From: an uncultured Candidatus Sumerlaeota bacterium
GTDB taxonomy: Bacteria > Sumerlaeota > Sumerlaeia > SLMS01
Length of the DNA stretch: 28,666 bases
Direction of reading: 5' to 3'
Assembly: GCA_964346275.1 (NCBI GenBank)
Contig: CAYFUR010000012.1
Location: 1-28,666 of the forward strand
Numbering within the stretch: the stretch's first letter is position 1; the number at the start of each line of letters is the position of its first letter. The notes below the pieces were generated by a model. That model saw only the letters and a list, made by a program, of their open reading frames with translations. It had not been told where the DNA came from and did no database searches. A program made the position numbers and the translations under genes. Positions 26,473 to 28,666 of the stretch are shown in pieces.

Positions 26473-27510
26473 CTACTGATTGGGTGGCTGAGGGGGACGG
26501 TAGCGGGGTGGCGGCTCAGGGGGGCGATCGTTGATTCCGCGTTCCTGGATCGGCGGGGTACGAAGGCCGTGGTCCTTCAGTTCATCCTGGGAGCTTGTGC
26601 GGGTTGACTGGGATTTCTTGTGCTTGCGTTCTTCGGAGTCGGCATGGGCGGTGGCCATGCGATGTTCGTCGGAGACGACGTTGCCGGTCATGATGGACTG
26701 GCGGACCTGGTCGCTGAGGTCGGAGAGGGTTCCCGGCGTGTGCGGCATCAGGATGGTGGTTGCGCGGCTGGCCACACCAATGTCCTTGAGGGTGTCAAAG
26801 TACTGGGTCATGAGGACGAGCTGCATGACATCGTTGCTGGTGGCTCCGGGCACGCCTTTCTGGAATTCCTCGACGCTTTCCCGGAGCCCGTCGACGATGG
26901 CCTTGCGCTGCCCGGCGATGCCCTTGCCCTGGAGGATCTTGGATTCCGCTTCGCCCTGGGCCTGTTTGACTTTGAGGATGCGCTCCGCCTCGCCCCGTTC
27001 TTCCGCGGCCTTGCGCAGGCGCTGGGCCGCATTGATCTCGTTCATCGCCGTTTTGACCTTCGGGTCGGGGTCGATGTCGTTCACCAGCGAGCGGACAATC
27101 CCATAGCCGTATTGCGTCATCGTTTCCTCCAGGCCGCCCTTGACGGCATCGGCGATGGTTTCTTTTTCCTCGAAGACCTCGTCGAGCTTCATGCGGGGGA
27201 CGGTGGAGCGCACTTCGTCGAAGACGTAGGATTCGATTTGAAGATGAGGATTCGAGAGGCGGTAGAAGGCTTCCCGGACGCGGTCGGGCATGACGAAGTA
27301 CTGAACGGCGATGAGGAGGCGCACGAAGACGTCGTCATTGGTCTTCGTTTCGACGCTGACCTGAAGCTCCTGGATCCGCAGTGAGAGGCGTCCGGCGACG
27401 CGTTCCCATGGCATCTTGAAATGCAGGCCGGAGCTGCAGATGCGGTTGAAGCGGCCAAAGCTCTCGACCAGTGCGGCTGTTTGCTCTCGCACGATAAAGA
27501 AGAAGATCAT
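26473..27510 (-). CDS. SPFH / band-7 (stomatin-prohibitin-flotillin-HflKC) family protein
   Basis: The N-terminus MIFFFIVREQTAALVESFGRF and the core match the SPFH domain. A coiled-coil (AQRLRKAAEERGEAERILKVKQAQGEAE) and a Pro-rich C-terminal tail follow. A GAGGAGGG Shine-Dalgarno is present. Confidence 0.85.
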   Translation of the reverse strand: MIFFFIVREQTAALVESFGRFNRICSSGLHFKMPWERVAGRLSLRIQELQVSVETKTNDDVFVRLLIAVQYFVMPDRVREAFYRLSNPHLQIESYVFDEVRSTVPRMKLDEVFEEKETIADAVKGGLEETMTQYGYGIVRSLVNDIDPDPKVKTAMNEINAAQRLRKAAEERGEAERILKVKQAQGEAESKILQGKGIAGQRKAIVDGLRESVEEFQKGVPGATSNDVMQLVLMTQYFDTLKDIGVASRATTILMPHTPGTLSDLSDQVRQSIMTGNVVSDEHRMATAHADSEERKHKKSQSTRTSSQDELKDHGLRTPPIQERGINDRPPEPPPRYRPPQPPNQ

Positions 27511-27614
27511 CCGAGTGCCCTCCTCGGTGGAATGGTTGTTTCCTGGTTTCTATCTAACGTCTTTACGAGGGGGCTGCAAATGGATTCGAAAGAATCTGCG
27601 TCGGGCGGGGCCGT

Positions 27615-28430
27615 TTACAGTCCGGTAAACCAGAGGATGATACTGGTGAGAAAATAGTCGAAAATGAGGATCAGAACGAGGGTAGTGACGACGCTGTTGG
27701 TGGTGGCTTTGCCGACGCCGGCGGCGCTGCCCGAAGTGGAAAAGCCGTAGTAACAGCCCGTAAGAGCGATGATCAGCCCGAAAAAGACGGTTTTCGCCAG
27801 GCCGCCATAGACATCGGAGAGGGCGGCGAATTTCAGCGTTGTATGGTAATAAGCGTGAGGATCGATGTTGAGCGAAGAGTTGCCCACGACCATGCCGCCC
27901 AGATAGCCGGTCACAAGGCAGACGCCGCAGATCAAGGGAAGCATGAATGTCATGGCGATGACGCGGGGGACGGCGAGGTATTTGAGCGGGTCGACGTTGA
28001 GGATATCCATGGCGTCGATCTGCTCGGTGACGCGCATGGTTCCAACTTCTGCGGTAATCGAGGCGGCGACGCGGGCGCCGACAACGATGGCGATGAAGGC
28101 GGGGACCATTTCCCGCGCGTTGGCGATGAAAGAAATGCCAGGGACGTAGGTTTTGGACCCAAACTTAGAGAGCTGGACACCGGTTTGGAGAACCATGACC
28201 ATGCCGACAAAGACGCTGGTGAGCGCGGCAATGGGGAAGGACTTGATGCCGATGGAATTGCATTGCTCGAGGATGAGCTTGAGACGCCACGGCGGGGTCA
28301 GGATCCGGCGGAACACACTGCCCATGAACGTGGCATAGCGGCCATTGAAGGCGAGAAATTCCAACACCATACGGCCGACCGTAGCGACCATGTTGGGAGC
28401 CAGATTTCCTAACTGCGCAGTTTTTTTCAT
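27615..28430 (-). CDS. mlaE: MlaE/YrbE-family ABC transporter permease (phospholipid/lipid trafficking)
   Basis: The 271-aa protein aligns with E. coli MlaE: GMVMVLQTG matches GMVLGLQGY, and GARVAASITAEVGTMRVTEQIDAMDILNVDPLKYLAVPRV matches [39 protein letters not shown]. Confidence 0.85.
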   Translation of the reverse strand: MKKTAQLGNLAPNMVATVGRMVLEFLAFNGRYATFMGSVFRRILTPPWRLKLILEQCNSIGIKSFPIAALTSVFVGMVMVLQTGVQLSKFGSKTYVPGISFIANAREMVPAFIAIVVGARVAASITAEVGTMRVTEQIDAMDILNVDPLKYLAVPRVIAMTFMLPLICGVCLVTGYLGGMVVGNSSLNIDPHAYYHTTLKFAALSDVYGGLAKTVFFGLIIALTGCYYGFSTSGSAAGVGKATTNSVVTTLVLILIFDYFLTSIILWFTGL

Positions 28431-28552
28431 TCCGTGTGTTCCCCGGCCATTATTCTTTCCTTAGGAAACAATTGACAGCCTCTTCCAGGCAACCATGATT
28501 TCACTGTATGACTGCAGTGGGGCAGAAGAAGATTCTTTCAATCCGAGCGCTG

Positions 28553-28666
28553 ATGCAGAGAAACAAGGCAATCCTGGCCAAAAGGACCGGAAAGAGATCG
28601 AAGGGGATGACCCTTTTCGAACTGGCGGTGGTCGTTCTGATCTCCGTTGTTCTGATCGGTTTGGCG
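28553..28666 (+). CDS. Start of a prepilin-type (class III signal peptide) protein: type IV pilin / pseudopilin-like, truncated by the window end
   Basis: The frame is open from 28499. It has ATGs at 28508 and 28553 and translates as (MTAVGQKKILSIRAL)MQRNKAILAKRTGKRSKG|MTLFELAVVVLISVVLIGLA. This fits the prepilin peptidase motif of Gly at -1, Glu at +5 and a roughly 15-residue hydrophobic stretch. Only F at +4 departs from the PROSITE PS00409 pattern. The gene is not in the track because it has no stop within the window. Confidence 0.4.
   Translation, partial: MQRNKAILAKRTGKRSKGMTLFELAVVVLISVVLIGLA

Noticed and set aside
28473-28501. Sigma-70 promoter for the pilin-like gene (TTGACA at 28473-28478)
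   Set aside because: The -35 hexamer is perfect, but no acceptable -10 lies at 16-19 bp (ATGATT/TGATTT). A sigma-54 check at this position also fails.
1-28666. Scan for CRISPR arrays, IS elements, integrases, tRNA/rRNA genes and tandem repeats
   Set aside because: No direct-repeat arrays, terminal inverted repeats with transposase ORFs, tRNA-like cloverleaf signatures or rRNA segments were seen. The window looks like core chromosome rather than a mobile island.

Overview
This is a high-GC (about 60%) bacterial chromosomal window that is almost entirely coding, with about 19 genes. I found no rRNA, tRNA, CRISPR array or mobile element. From the left, the genes are:
- A partial dapA gene (lysine biosynthesis), on the minus strand.
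- A 650-bp divergent intergenic region.
- The glutamate synthase pair gltB (large subunit) and gltD (small subunit).
- A minus-strand block made of a type IV pilus / type II secretion ATPase (PilB/GspE, with an MshEN-like N-terminus), the platform protein PilC/GspF, an AT-rich single-pass membrane protein of unknown function, and the transformation protein DprA.
- A polytopic membrane protein of unknown function, divergently paired with a DUF5009/HGSNAT-like membrane protein.
- A signalling island: a 1491-aa hybrid sensor histidine kinase (periplasmic solute-binding domain, multiple PAS, GAF, kinase core, receiver) followed by a Hanks-type Ser/Thr kinase fused to a cyclic-nucleotide-binding domain. 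An unusually AT-rich spacer separates them.
- An MFS transporter, an adenosine deaminase, an MsbA-like ABC exporter, an SPFH/band-7 protein and an MlaE-family permease that lacks adjacent MlaF/MlaD genes.
- At the right edge, the start of a prepilin-like gene (G|MTLFEL, Glu at +5).

The most interesting signal is the linkage pilB–pilC–(novel bitopic protein)–dprA, which suggests a DNA-uptake (competence) pilus module with an undescribed membrane component. The many long antisense ORFs in the supplied track are GC-bias artefacts.
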